Below, in pieces: positions 47,614 to 61,318 of a DNA stretch of 64,000 bases (position 1 is the first letter of the stretch; each line of letters opens with the position of its first letter). The DNA is taken from NCBI GenBank assembly GCA_010015805.1, contig ML978139.1, forward strand, positions 372,001 through 436,000, read 5' to 3'. The DNA is from Rhizodiscina lignyota (taxonomy: Eukaryota). A model generated the notes under the pieces. That model made no database searches. It saw only the letters and a program-made list of their open reading frames with translations, and was not told where the DNA came from. The position numbers and the translations under genes are program-made.

Positions 47614-49597
47614 TGATGCGTTATTTGACGTGATCAATTATCAAAGTACAGCGCTCATGAGATGTATGATTGATGTTAGGAATTGATCGTGCCGAAGAGA
47701 AGCAGGGCTATAGTGGCCGATATGGGTTATAAACACGTCAGCGTGGTCTGTGTTCGCACTCACAAGGAAAGAGGTTTCAAGTGCTCCCGCCCTTTCCAGG
47801 TTGAGAAATAAAACTGGCAACGGTTGTGTTACGGTGAGAAGTCGCTTTACTTTTCAATCCGGGTAGAACAACCTTCTCTCGTGTGCTTCATCTAATTCTG
47901 TCGGGAATTTTGATGTTCCGAGAAATGATTGAGTCGCTTGCTAGCAGCTCGGCCTCACTGCTCGTCCACACCAAACCAAGGTAGATTCGAAGGACCTGTG
48001 TCAATTCCACTGCGCAGCTCTTCATCCGGAGGAATTAATGAATGCTTGCACCTCTGTCCAGTTCTATATTAGCTCCTCAGTCACGCCCAGGATCCTTGAG
48101 CGTAGCGTGTATCGAGGTTTTTCTGCCAGAGCTAGTTTTTCGTCTCCGGAGCTGGTCTACATAGTCACGTGGACCCTACAGTCTCCCAGGTACTATGTTA
48201 ACTTGTCATTTATGGATCATCGCACTTCGGATCGATGGTGCTGTCGACGTGAGAGACGCCATGATTGCGGCGTGGTGATGGTGAGTGTGTCGCACCTTCG
48301 CCATGTACTGTCGTAGGTTGAAGAGATCGAGAAGATCCGCGTGTCTGTCAAGTTGATCGTCAGGTATATTGGAAAGTGGAGGCAAGTGACTACATGCAGC
48401 GAAACGCTTCAGGTATGCCCTTCAATATAGATCGAAGAACTTGAGACCGCTGGACAAGTGAGTTCTGCATACTGGTGGGTTGCTTTCAAGGTGATTATGC
48501 GAGATTGAACACATGCCGAAGTTGTCGTGTAGCCATTATCGAATGGCGATGATCTAGTGCCGAAGAGCTTGCCGGAGATAAATAGATTCACGATTGGTCA
48601 GAGGTTTGAAACAAAGTCGGCTTAATGCGGGAGACTTGTACAAAGCTTACAGAAGAAGCTCAATGGGACATTGAATATCAGGCCACAACCTCTAACAGAA
48701 CCAACACATATGGAACGAGCAGAATCAAACAGGTGTTCACGAAGCAGCTGTCCGCGTAGAGGAAAGATGAGTCAATGTCCGATTGAAGAGTAGAAGCAGG
48801 CGAGCTTGAAGAAGAAGAAGCGCCACGCAGTGTCAGATTGAGCATGAACAAGCAGTTGGTGAGTGTTTGAGCTTGGATCGCACATGAGCATATCTGTTGA
48901 TCCCAGCCGGCTCGAGCTCCTGATGAATCGCTCGAGGATCAGCGAGAGAAGGATCAGGCTGAAGAGTCAGTGGTGTTCTAGACACGAACGCCAGCGTACA
49001 TATACGGCAGGCGATGATATAGGCTATTCGTGGCGGCGTCGATTCGCAGCGGTGATGTCCGAATTAGATTTAGAGATGAAACCGGCGATCGCTCTCGAGT
49101 CAGTGCCGGTCCCAAGCAATGCTGGAGACGGATGCTTGGATCAAGTGTGAAGAGCGACACGGTCCGTCGGATCGCAGACTCGAGGCGGTGGCACAAGGGC
49201 GACGCGGTGATAGGGAGACGCGATCCAGCAGCGCGGACGGTTGTAGCTTGATGCAGAAGATTGTACAGGAGGTTGGCTCAAAGGATGAAGCGAACCGCTT
49301 CCCCGACCTCCTCGTGGAGCGCAGGGATGGGGCAGTCAAGGCCAGATGGAGGAGCCCCCCACAGCGAAAGCACTGCGCTGCGTGCAACTCGTGCTATCTC
49401 CTGCCCTCTCCCAATTGACATCGACGGTGCAACTCGCTGCGTCTTCGCGTGCGCAGTGCTCCCCAAATGTCTGCTTTTGCCCGCTGCACTCGCCAGAGGC
49501 ACCCACTGCCGTTGCACGACTGCTGAGCATTGACGACACCCACCTCGCTCCCCTCCCACACGCCCAGCAGCCGGCCAGCACGAAAGCAGCAGCTCCA

Positions 49598-52500
49598 ATG
49601 CCGCGTCCGGTACGCCTGGCAGCAGGCCCGCCCGCCGACGACGAGCTCGCTGGCCTCGTCCACGTCGGCGGCGGCAGCTCGAGCGGAGGCCAGGCGGGCA
49701 CTGGCGCGGGAGTATTCATGGTCGACAGATCCGCGCGACGACGAAGCCAGATGTACCAACCGCTCGCCGAGGCGGCGCAGCCCTACTCGAACCACTCCTA
49801 CCACCGCCGCGACAAGACGAAGAGCTCGCAGGGCTTCTTGCCGCAGGCCTCCTACCGCGAGCGTCCGCCAGCTGCGCAACATGCGAAAACGCCGAGCGGT
49901 GCGACCGTGGCGCAACGGCCTGACCTGAACGAGCGCGCCTACTCTGCACCTCACATTCCGAAGGGACAGGCGTCTGAGGCATACGACGAACATGCACGCG
50001 AGGACGACGATCTGGAGCTCGACGGCGGCCCCGGTGACGACGAGGAGATTGCTGAGGATCCATTCTTCCAGCAGTACGCGCATGGCGAGGGGGGAATTGC
50101 CGTGACGCCAGGCAACTCTGCGTCGGAGGACGACAGCGACGATGGCAGAGAAGGGCCGCTGTCGCCAACGAGCAATACCACCAGGTTCAGACCAGACAGC
50201 GTTGCAGAACCTCTGGGCAGCCCGTTGGCACCACATCCGGTACGCGCCCCTCCCGCAGCCAGACTTTCATATTGCAGACGCCATCTGTCGATCCTCCAAA
50301 ACTAGCCAATTGACCGTTTAACGCTAACGTCTGTCATCTTCGCTGCAGGTCACCTTTGTCGGACGAATGCATGAAATTAACATTGCAGTGCTCGGCGCAG
50401 CTGGTGTGGGCAAGTCGTCCTTTATACAGCGCGTCTTCGACCACCGCGCCCCTCCCACCCTCACCGTAACGCCTCGCAAGATGTCGATAGACGGCGAAGA
50501 ATACACTGTCCGGCTCATTGAGCTGTCGTTCGACGATCTCGAGTTTGACGATAGTCACATCACATGGCCAGACGCAGCAGATAGTCGGCCCTTGCCACCA
50601 ATCGATGGTGTCTTGACGCTGTATGATGTGATGAACAAGGAGAGCTTGACTGACGTGCCGGAGACTCTACGTGAGATGATTCTTTACATTTGTGGTGCAC
50701 CCAAAGCTGACTATATACAGGCGCTGTATATAAATCCTCCCTACCTTTCCACCTCGTAGCATGTAAATGCGATAACCACCCTAATCTTCGACACATCGAC
50801 CCCGTCAGCGTCAGCCAAAGAGCAAAAGCTTTGATTGGAGCCGTAAACACTTTCGAGACTTCAGAGACGCAACCCGGGACTCAGAAAAGATGTCTCTTTG
50901 CGCTTCTGAGAGTCATTGTAAATGCTCGATATGGTGCGCATTCCAGGCCCATCTTTTGATTACGTATCTCTACTTGTTCTGTCTGGTCGAAATGCACTTG
51001 GCCATAAAATGCAATTTGGCTTGCTCAGAATGTCATGCTGACTCGTGCATTATAGACCATCCAGCTGTTGTTACGGCACGAAGACGCGCCAACTCTGCTA
51101 TTCCACGTCCAAGATCCGTCCAAAAGCACTCTCGAGCTAGTTCCGAACTTTCTGGATCCATGTACCGTGCCCAATTTGCCAATACGTATGAACCATCGGG
51201 GTCAGGTTTGAATGCGAGGTCAAAGTCGGCGCAAAACCTCCCAGAAGCAGTAGCTCGCTCTGGCGGGCCGTCTCAGTCCATAGTAAATCTCTCAAATGCC
51301 GCCAGCTACGACACTTTACGCTCTGGTCCCACTTCCGGCTCAGAGCAGGAGCCTTCTGCCGCAACCATTCAGAAGGAACGGCCCAGCATAGAGAAAGGCT
51401 ATACTTGGGATCAACTCATCGACCGTCTTCTCTCTCAACCACTCTCTAAGGCCGATGTCAAGTTTGTTTCCGTATTTCTCGCCCTCTTCCGTGCATTTGC
51501 AGCTCCCGGTCAACTTCTTGAGGCGATCCTTCGGCGCTTCAATGAAGTTTCTCTGAATGATGCCATACCCGAGATGTCTCGAACGGTCATTCAACTCCGG
51601 CATCTAGCTGTTTTGGAACAGTGGGCTAGTACATATCCCGGCGACTTTGCTCATCCGGCGACAAGAGCAAGCATGTGCCGCTTCGTTGCTCTGATCTCGA
51701 ATACGCGCATCTTCTCCGTCGCAGCGCGAGAAATCGCCGCCGATCTTGAAGTTGTGGCTGAGGACGATGACACTGATTGGGCTTGCTGCGATCGTAACCG
51801 CGCCAGGCCTGATACAATGCTCACCTTCATGTCGGAAGCGAGTACTCTCCACGAAGAGAACTGGGAGGACCTCATACGGGAGCTCAGTGGCATGAGCTTC
51901 ACTGGTGCCATGAACCAGACCGCTCCTATCACACCGACTAGTAATGTTGCGCGTTCGCCTGCAACTAGCTCTGCAAGCACGGGCTCTTCGTCCGGACAGA
52001 CGATGCTTGCGGCCATCGAGGCTGCGGCCGTGCAGGCGCGTACAATGAAGCCGAATCCTCGACTGCCACTCACAAAAGCGTTTTGGCATGCGTTGATGGA
52101 TGCACCCGATGAATCCATAGCAAAGGAATTGACGAGGATGGACTGGACCATGTTTCAGTCGATTCGACCGAGAGATCTTGTTAGACATGTCAGCCTCAAC
52201 GCGGAGCAAAAGAGGGGTTGCAGAAGTCTGGAGAATGTGAACAGGATGATTGAGCATTTTAATCATCTGGCGTGGTGGGTGGCGAATTTTGTGCTAATGA
52301 GAGACAAGCCGAAGCATAGGGCATTGATGCTGGAGAAGTTCATGAGGGTTGCAAGGGTATGTGATCGATGTGATCTTACCGGACTAACAAGAAGAAGAAG
52401 GAGAGAATTGGGCTAACAATTCATATAGAAACTCCGTGAACTCAACAACTACAATTCTCTCGGCGCCATCATCGCCGGTATCAACAGCACCTCCGTGCAT

Positions 52501-53300
52501 CGTCTCCAAGCGACTCGCGAACTCATATCCAGCCTTATCGTCCGCGACTTTATGAAGCTCGAAATCCTCATGGGCACGCAAAAGTCGCACTTTGCCTACC
52601 GTCTCGCGTGGGAGAACTCGTCCGGCGAGCGCATCCCGTATATACCCCTGCACCGCCGCGACCTTGTCAGTGCGCTCGAAGGCAATCGTACATGGATGGA
52701 GGGCAGCGAGAAAATGGAAGCTGGGGGAAGCATGGGAAGTGGGGGCAGCCAGATGGTGCGGAGATACATCACCGATGGGAAGGAGAGGATCAACTGGAAG
52801 AAATTTGAGATCATGGGCGAGGTGATTGTTGGGGTGCAGAGCGCGCAGAGTGTGCCGATGACGAGGCTCGGCAAGAATGACATTGTGAGGGAGAGCGTGC
52901 TTGAAGTGAGGATTAACAAGGATGATGATGTGAGTGCTCCTTTCCCAGGCTCTTTCCGCTGTTTGGCGAGCGGTCCTCTACCCCATTGGACTACATAGCT
53001 GTCCGCGCCCTGATACGATACGTCCTGTCTTGATGAGGTCCCAATGAGTGATTACTACTATACCAAGGATGTGGGGAAGATAACATCCAACTACCGTGCT
53101 CATAAGTTTAGTAACTTGCTGACACAATGGTCGCACAGGAACTGTACATGCGGAGCGTGCAGGTGGAGCCGAGCGGCTCGTCGACCGACAAGAAGAAGTT
53201 CAGCAATTGGTTCCAGCGTGGTGCGTCTTTGTCACTGGCACCAGCTGCCTCCTTCTCCTTACCAGCTTCTTCCTCCTTCTCCCTCTCCCTAGGTCCCTAG
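49598..53300 (+). CDS. Ras guanine-nucleotide exchange factor with an N-terminal Ras-like P-loop domain, REM and CDC25 domains; multi-exon
   Basis: IAVLGAAGVGKSSF and ACKCD; REM-like FLALFRAFAAP...WASTYPGDF; CDC25-like IAKELTRMDW, ELNNYNSLGAIIAG, IPYIPLHRRDL and INWKKF. Start and last exon are approximate. Confidence 0.88.
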
Positions 53301-54609
53301 CGCACTCTTGAAGCTTACGCGTTTTAGCTACTGCAGCTTGAAGTGGATGTGTATTCCATCCTTTGCTTCGTTTTTTCACACTCGCTGCAAGAATTGGCGA
53401 GCCTTACGAGCTTGCGTCTGTCCACTCGCTATCTTTTGCTTTGTTTTAGCGGCAAGGTGTCATGGATCTTTTCTTCTGTGACGGCAGCGATGGCGATCGG
53501 ATCGAATTCTGATTTGCGCTGGATGCACGTGCAAGGACCAAGGCAAGGCAACAACGGAATAACCCCCAAGTGGTGCTATCGCCTACAGCGGTTGTGTACA
53601 TGCGGATTCGATATTTGGCGGCGTGGCGTGCTCGGCGGTCACACTACTTCCAACGTTACAAGGCGGTGCGCGCAGTATATCACGGTCAGCTTCAGCGCAA
53701 CTGGACAAAAGTCGGAGAACCGGACCAAAAAAAGTTACTCATAGAACGCAAGTGGTTGTTAGCGATGGCCTCGCGGCCGGTGTTGTGCGGGGGAGAATCT
53801 GTACATCTTGTGTCTCTCTCTTGCTCTGTTGCTTCGGGTGTGAATAGGTAGCTTTCCCGACCACGATCGATCTAGGACGCGATAATCTCGTTTAGTTATT
53901 AATTTATGATTACTGAAGACTATCTCGGTACATGTTTGTTCATATAATACTCATGAAACGTATGACCGGCTTGAGCAATGACTTATTCAAGCAGCCGCAC
54001 AGTGATCTCTTCAGTATTGTGGTGATATTCGCCACCTGAGCTGCCGAGCCATCTCCGCGAGAATCTCCGATTAATCACGGATCCCCAGATTGCCACATTC
54101 TCCGCTATATATCCAAGACATCGTCCCGCGGAAAAAGTAATCTGAAATATCGTTTTCTTGTTCCACACTCACAATAGTAAGATTACAGTTGTATTACGTT
54201 TCGCTGCATCCCATTTCCTAACCTCACATGGACATTCCCAAATCCGCGTATTCAGCTGTGCCTAAGCCATCCACATCGAATCTGAGATGTCTAGATTACG
54301 AGGCCGCATTTGTACTATTTAGCTTGGTACAGTTAAACAGTTGAATACCTCGAGGCTGGAATGGCTTAGATTACTGATCGCAGACAATGTGAGTGCGTGA
54401 AATGGGTTGCAGATAGCACGCTTTCCGGTCGAAGAATTCGCCCGAAGAACGCAGTGCGTTGTGCGCACCTTCTTGGGCAATGTGTATAAAGATGTCTGAA
54501 GCTTTATCTCTCCACAGCTTTCTCCTGCAAGGTGCAGACTTCTCCTCGTATGAGCAGTAGTATCAGAATCTAATTATTGCTCAACAACCACTCTCCTTCA
54601 CCGACAAAG

Positions 54610-55690
54610 ATGGCTCCAACGACACTGACATCCGTTCTCGTGGTCGGTGCTACAGGAAACGTGGGCTACGCGGTGTGCCTCGAGCTGCTGAAGCTAACGC
54701 ATCGATTCACGCGCCTCGCCGCCTTCAACAACATCGCGCGGCCTTCAGCCGAGAAGGACGCCATCATTTCCGCCTTGTCTGCCTCTGGAATGGAGATTGT
54801 GACGTCCGACACGTACGAGAATCCAAATTTGTACAAGGACTTCGACGCCGTCATCATGGCTTTGGGCAACTTTGGCAATTACCAGCAGCCATTGATCATT
54901 GACGCCGCCATCGAAGGAGGGGTGAGGCACTTCTACCCTAGCGAGTTCGGCGCGGATATTACGGTGGGCGAGAACGCGACGCAGCGGTACTATCGGGACA
55001 AGGTGCTCGCGCGGAACCATCTCGAGAAGCGCGCAAAGGACACGGAGGGGCTGGGGTGGAGCTATGTGACGATCGGACGGTTCACGGAGTGGGGTATCCG
55101 CCCGTATTTCGGGGTAAATAATAAGGAGCGAACTGCGGATATTTATGGAAATGAGGATGGGAGGCAGAGTCTGATTAGTGTGGAGGAGTGAGTGCGAGTT
55201 TTGTATGCAACTGAGGATTGGAGACTGACTTTTGCTTCTAGTGCGTCCGCGTTGACTGCTCGCTCACTTCTCATGCCTTTCGATGCAGCTGATCCCGAAA
55301 ATCGTCATAGAACGTTCCGCTTCCGCGGAGAGTCGCCAAGTTGGAAAGAGATCTTTGCCATCTTGAAGCGCGTTACTGGGTATGAATATAAGGTGACGTA
55401 TCATGATGTGTCGGAGGCCTGGGCATTACAGAAAGAAGCCAAGGTAACTGCGAATTCAAACTAGCACTCTCTTCGAGTTATCCCCACTGACACAAAAATC
55501 GATGAAGGAGAAAAACGACGAAAAGCTGGAGATGAACTCCAGTCACCGCATCGTGCAAGGCACGGAGGGGACATTACTGCCAGAGCCATACGACAACGAC
55601 AAGTTCTCAGACGTGAACGTCAAAGGGGTCGAAGAAGTGCTGAGGGCTACATTTGCTGATGAGAAGCAAAAGGCATTCTTGGGGCTGTGA
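54610..55690 (+). CDS. NmrA/isoflavone reductase-like NAD(P)-binding protein, 3 exons
   Basis: Motifs VVGATGNVG, IIDAAIEGGVRHFYPSEFG and YYRDK; two introns. Confidence 0.9.
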
Positions 55691-56650
55691 ACGGCAACGA
55701 GGATGATGTAAGTCATGATCTGGGAAGCAGCGCTCTTAGATCAGTATAACAGTCTTGGCCAAGAGCAGAGATAGTATCCAAGACACCGCCTCACTCTATT
55801 ACAAGGTCAGGCACGTTAACTTGGGAGGCTCCAATGGGTGTGTAGATAGTGAGATATGATCGAAACAGGAACCATTAAGCAGCAAGATTTCCAGGATTGT
55901 CTCTCTCAAGACTGTTTACTCTTCTTTATTAGTGTTTCAAATTCTGTAGAGATGAAGAAACAAAGTGATTGTAAGAGATATTGGCATCCGCTATGTGTCT
56001 GTGGCTGTACGGGGGCGGATGACATGAGACGAAGATTGAATTGGTACCTCAAATAGCACTGCGTTCTGAGTCGGGCATTCTCGCTACCGAAAACAGACAC
56101 TCCTCTGCTCGGCCCTGAGTAGAGCAGACAATCGAGCCGGCCTGACGATGCAGAGCACGCGACGTCGACAAGATTAGAGGCATTTGGAATCGTCGACGAG
56201 GATTTCGGAAATGTCTGATCAGACGCGCTGCCGATTACCCCGCAATGATGATTGCAGCCCCACGATAGAGCAGTATGTAATATACGATACGAGGTGGTCA
56301 GATTGCGCTCCGAGACGGCGATAAAGGCGCTGCCTTCCCTCGCAAGTGTTTCAGGAGTATCAAAAGCGAAGTGTTGCATCTCCCCAGCCTCCTGTTCACA
56401 TCGCCGGGGTCCTCGCTTGCTAGCAAATAAGGGCCCTGCTAGCGCTCCCGCGTTTGTGGAAGGATAGACACAGGGGGCACGTCAGGCCGCAGCTGCAGTC
56501 ACTCTTTGATATCGGCGACAACTCATCGCTACACCTCACTCAGAGACCTTTTCGTCCGATTGTACAATAATTCATCCTCTCAGCAATGTTCACCTGAGCC
56601 CGCACCCCTACCCGCACCCTTGCCCCCTCCGCTCAACTCTGGGACCGGTC

Positions 56651-59600
56651 ATGGCCGTATCCATTGACGAGCCGCCCTTCCTTGCAGCGCCACAGAGCTT
56701 TGCACGACCAAACCGCTCACCTGCGTCTTCTCCTACGCGTCACGGCCGGAACAAATCCCAGACGATACGTCTCATACGCGACATCTCTCCTTCAACCGCG
56801 CTGCGCGCCTTCGACGGAGATGGCATATCGCTTGGTAATACGGACGATGTCAGGCTGCAACTCCATCTCAGCAGTCTGAGCGCGTCAGAGAGAGATTTGG
56901 GAACAAGGATTGCCATTGCTGCACAGAAACTGAGAGCATGGTGCGACGAGATTGAGCAGTGGGGATGGAGTGGCACGTTCGAGGTTGACGAGGACAAGAA
57001 GAGACGGAGATGGAGATGGCCGAGCCAGGACGAGGCAAAGACAGTGGCCAACATTGAGAAGAGATTGAGTGAAATATCAGCCGAGCCAGCACACCCGCCC
57101 ACTGATGGAACGATACCGAGAGCACAAGTGGAGCAGTATGGGAGGAGATTGGATGAGATTGGAGAAGAGCTAGAGGACCTGGAGATTGACGAGCTCAAGG
57201 ATCAGGTGCTGGGGATCCACAGGACCAGATCAAGGCCTGGTTCCAGCTACTCCGGCATATCGGTCACCAATCTCATGATGATGGACGATTTTTCCATCCT
57301 CGTCACCCATACGCTCATGCAGTCGCTCCCTTACCTCGGTACGCTTCGCCATCATATGGATACCTGGACGATACGGTTGAACGTGCTGTCTGAGGTACCT
57401 CAGTTTGTAGCGGAGCTTCGCCAATCTCAGAGAAGCATACGGCTTGGATGGGATGCGGTCTTATTGGCCAGGGATCCTTCGTCGACGAACCAAGGCCTGA
57501 CACTGGAAGCGCACAAGCATGCTGTTGCACTGCTCCAAAACGTCTTGCAGCAGAAAGTGTGGAGACTTGGTCACACGCTTGATAAGATGCTGGATGCGTT
57601 GGAAAGCCGAGAAGACAAACTCCCAGACGCATGGATAGACGACTTTGAAGCCCTCGAAGCCGATTATGGCAAATGGGTGACAGAAGCGCAGCGAAGTGTG
57701 CTGGAGTTGGAATTGAGTAGCTTCCAAGTCAAGACAAAGATCCACTGGGTGCCGCAAAAGTCATCGGCTGAGACTGAGGGGTATTTTTCTGGCGTAACAA
57801 GACGAGCAAGCGAGCGCTCTGGGCGCAATGCATCATCCATTGTGATTCTAAACCCGCAACCACAAAACGGTCACACAGCTACACCCGGCTCACCACCAAC
57901 CATCAGCCAAACGGTGATGCAAAGCCCAATTGGGATGAACAGACGTGCAAGGACCCCTAGTTCTGCGTCACTAGTTGGTCATACAACAACGCCTAGTCCG
58001 CCACCACAGAACGGTCAAGAGAGAACCTCCAGCCCGTCGTCTCAAGAAGAGCACACAACAGTTTCAGGCCCACCGTCTCGTCTACCTCCCCTGACACCAC
58101 CTCAGCAACATATCTCACACGCACGGACGTTTAGCAGCGCAAGTACTACCTCCCAGACATCTCAGAGATCTTCCAGAGCATTGCGCATTGAAATACCCTC
58201 TGCGCACTCTACAGAAGGTCCCAACGATGGCCGTATGAATCTCCCGGCTGAGGAGATGACTACGGAACTTGAACCACAGGTGCACTCAGCCGAATCTCGT
58301 GCGGCAGCCAATGAGCCATCATTCGAAGGTAGAGTGAGGCGAGCCTCGCTTACTTCCATGCGCAGCATATCGTCTGTAGAGGTCAGTTCTCCTTTAGTTA
58401 TTGCGAAGTATCCACCGATGTTGACTAACAAATCCTAGATCAAGCGGATTCAGGTCCATCGTAGTCCAAACACGTCACTGCCAAACTCACCTTTGAAGGG
58501 GCGACATTCCCTTAGCCAAGATGAACCTCATACACCAATTACTCCTTTGACGGTCGAACGTCGTCACAGTGAGGGAAATACACCAGTTTCACCGATTCAT
58601 CGCAGTCGGGCAAGTAGCCTGTTACATTCTCCTTCAACTCCATTGGCGACGACACAGGAAGAGCCAGCGCTGCTACTGCCTCCAACCCACCACCCCGAGA
58701 TAGTTTGGCCTAGCCCTAGTCATCAGGGTGATCGTCAATCACACCATGCTACGGTGGAAGCTACGACACCACAGAGCCCAATAGCGCCAGTCTCGCCTCA
58801 AAATACGATACGCGATGAGCAAGGACTCATCCCAAAGCTAGCAGAGGACTCGTCGGAAGAACCCGAAATAGCGGCCTCCACACCCGTCATTGTTCGTCCG
58901 TCCACGCCAACAGCTGTCGAAAGCCCATCTTCAGTGTATTCGGAGGACCAAGCTTCGAGCATGTTAGACACTCCTACATCGCCCGACTCACCATCGAAGC
59001 GCACGTTGTGGAAGCCACATGAAGGCTCATTGAATGCGGCAATGGCTAAGCGCCGTACCAAGTTCAAGGAGGGCCATATGGTAAGCTCAAATCAACGACA
59101 CGTCTCCGCACCGCTATCAGACAACACTTCAGCCCGAACGCCAAATCCAAATCGAGTCCAAGACCTCGACCAACAAATCTCCAACATCCTAACTACCCTC
59201 CCTACACCTATCAAATTGACGACGAACCGTCGCACAAGTGCACAACACAACCTCTCTGCCGCACCATCGATAACGCGCAACCGTCCTTCTCATCGCCGCA
59301 GCCGCGCCCCATCATTAACACTCGCGCGCGCTCCAACACCCCTCCCAACCGGAGACGACCCATCTCCACACAACTTATCTCACCGCTCAAGCCGCAAGTC
59401 ACTGAACCCGGAGACAGAAGATATCAAACTTTACCACCTCATGTCGTCCTCTCGCCCCGGCATGCCACCCATCAAGCTCTTCATCCGTCGTGTCGGCGAG
59501 AATGGCGAACGCGTCATGGTACGCGTCGGTGGCGGATGGGCAGATCTCGGCGAGTACCTAAGGCAGTATGCCGAGCACCACGGACGTAGAGCTGTCAGCG

Positions 59601-60094
59601 ATAGCCTCAGCAATGTCGACGTCGTGGAGATGGAACGTGTGGATGCGCGTCCTGGTAGCAAAGACGGTCCGGAGTCGATTATGGGTACGACAAGTAGGCG
59701 CACGAGCATGGGCACGCCAATCTCGGGCGGTGGCCCTGGATCTGGCCCCGCGGTGGACTCTCCAATGTTGAGCTCCAGCCCGGTATCGTTCTCCGCGTTG
59801 ACTGCGACGCCAGAGCCGCAGACGGCGAGGGAGGTTAGCGTGCCGGGTGTTACGCCCCAATCAGCGCAGTCGGCTGGCAGCACGGCATCGCGGAGGAGCT
59901 GGGGCGGTGATGAAGTCGGACTGGCGGGGCCAAAGGCTAGGAGAGTGGAGCTGAGCGATGAGAAGAAGGATTGGATTGAGGGAATGGTGGAGCGGGCGAG
60001 GAAGGCGAATGATGCTGCTGGTGGGAAGGAGAATGAGGGCTTTGCGTCGATAGGGAAGGCGGGTGCAACGAAGAGGGTTTATATGAAGGGGTGA
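56651..60094 (+). CDS. GAS2/GAR-domain protein (putative microtubule-binding), 2 exons
   Basis: PPIKLFIRRVGENGERVMVRVGGGWADLGEYLRQY GAR-type signature, N-terminal helical region and S/P-rich middle; intron ~58382-58438. Confidence 0.88.
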
Positions 60095-60484
60095 GGCTCG
60101 AGCGTTGAGCAGGAGTATTGATTTGGAAAGTTTTGATATCATTATTGCGGATTGATGTTGATCTAGATACAGTATACGGAGAAGATCGTAAAGATGGATT
60201 ACTGCATTTCACTGCACTTGAGGAGAAAGAGAAGAGAAATTGAAGAAAAACTAACAGAATGACAAACTCCCCGTATTCCTTTGTTCTATTCCGGGTGGTG
60301 AAGTGCAGACCAATTTCCAAACACCAAAATGACAACTCCGGGTTTCGCCAATGAAAACGCCTTTCAGATTCCAAGATTGTAAGCGCGCCGCTGACTCTTG
60401 CCAAGCTCCTAAGTCCCGGATGACAATACCTGCTTTCGATAGTAATCGTCATCTATTCCAGGAACTCCGCCCTGGCTGTGCATC

Positions 60485-61318
60485 TCAACTAGCTGCACAA
60501 GGTGCCTCCCGCATATCTCTCTGTCTTGGCCGTTCTCTCCCTTCCCCATGGGTTAACAGACGCTCTGATAGATCGGTGCGGCGCTGGAGTTCATGTAAAC
60601 CTGAACAATCAGCGCTGGTGGCTTTTTTTGTCCTTGCTCCGCCAGTTCTCGCTCGAATTTGTAACTGAAATCCACGGCTTATAAAAACTAAGCGCAGGAA
60701 TCGCTGTTGCAGCGTATCAATTGCACCTATCCAGGCCTTTGGGGCGTTCAAGATGCAGTTGCATGACGCGACAAATTCGTTGCGATCGTAGTAGATGGAC
60801 TCGGTCTCCGATCTGATCATCTTGCATACATGCAGAAGAGCTGGAAAGAATGACACCGAGAAGCGCGGTTTGCGACGCTCCAACTGCTGTTTGGAGGGCT
60901 CGAAGTTTTCGAGCCTATGCTCGGATAAGGTGCTATCTCTCTTGGCTCCTGGATCTGTCGTCTTTCCACCCGGCATCGTCTTCCGATTCGTGGTCGTCTT
61001 GTTCCTCGGGATCGCAATCTGTATGTTCGTTCTCTGGAGATCTGGCTTGATCACATCACTTCCCGAGTCGTTACATCCGGAGTCCGAGTCCCAGATAATT
61101 CCTCCGTGCATCTGATCCCGAAATTTCTTCACATCCTCAAATTGGCGGCTGGCCTCTTCACAGTAGAGACAAGTGATGTTTATATAATGAGATGGCAGTA
61201 CATAATGAGATGGCAGGACAGTAACCAATTCGTAGATCTGATTCCGTACCTCGGCAGGTAGCTTCAGGAATGGGAAAGCCTTCATCGCTCTACTTGCTGC
61301 TCTCGTCATCGGAGCCAT
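60485..61318 (-). CDS. F-box-like motif orphan protein
   Basis: FPFLKLPAEVRNQIY and PALLHVCKMIRSETESIYY motifs; contains a VLPSHY tandem duplication. The C-terminus is uncertain. Confidence 0.65.
   Translation of the reverse strand: MAPMTRAASRAMKAFPFLKLPAEVRNQIYELVTVLPSHYVLPSHYINITCLYCEEASRQFEDVKKFRDQMHGGIIWDSDSGCNDSGSDVIKPDLQRTNIQIAIPRNKTTTNRKTMPGGKTTDPGAKRDSTLSEHRLENFEPSKQQLERRKPRFSVSFFPALLHVCKMIRSETESIYYDRNEFVASCNCILNAPKAWIGAIDTLQQRFLRLVFISRGFQLQIRARTGGARTKKATSADCSGLHELQRRTDLSERLLTHGEGRERPRQRDMREAPCAAS

Noticed and set aside
49394..50236. 280-aa antisense ORF, and similar antisense ORFs over other genes
   Set aside because: Shadow frames of GC-rich real coding sequence with no independent motifs.
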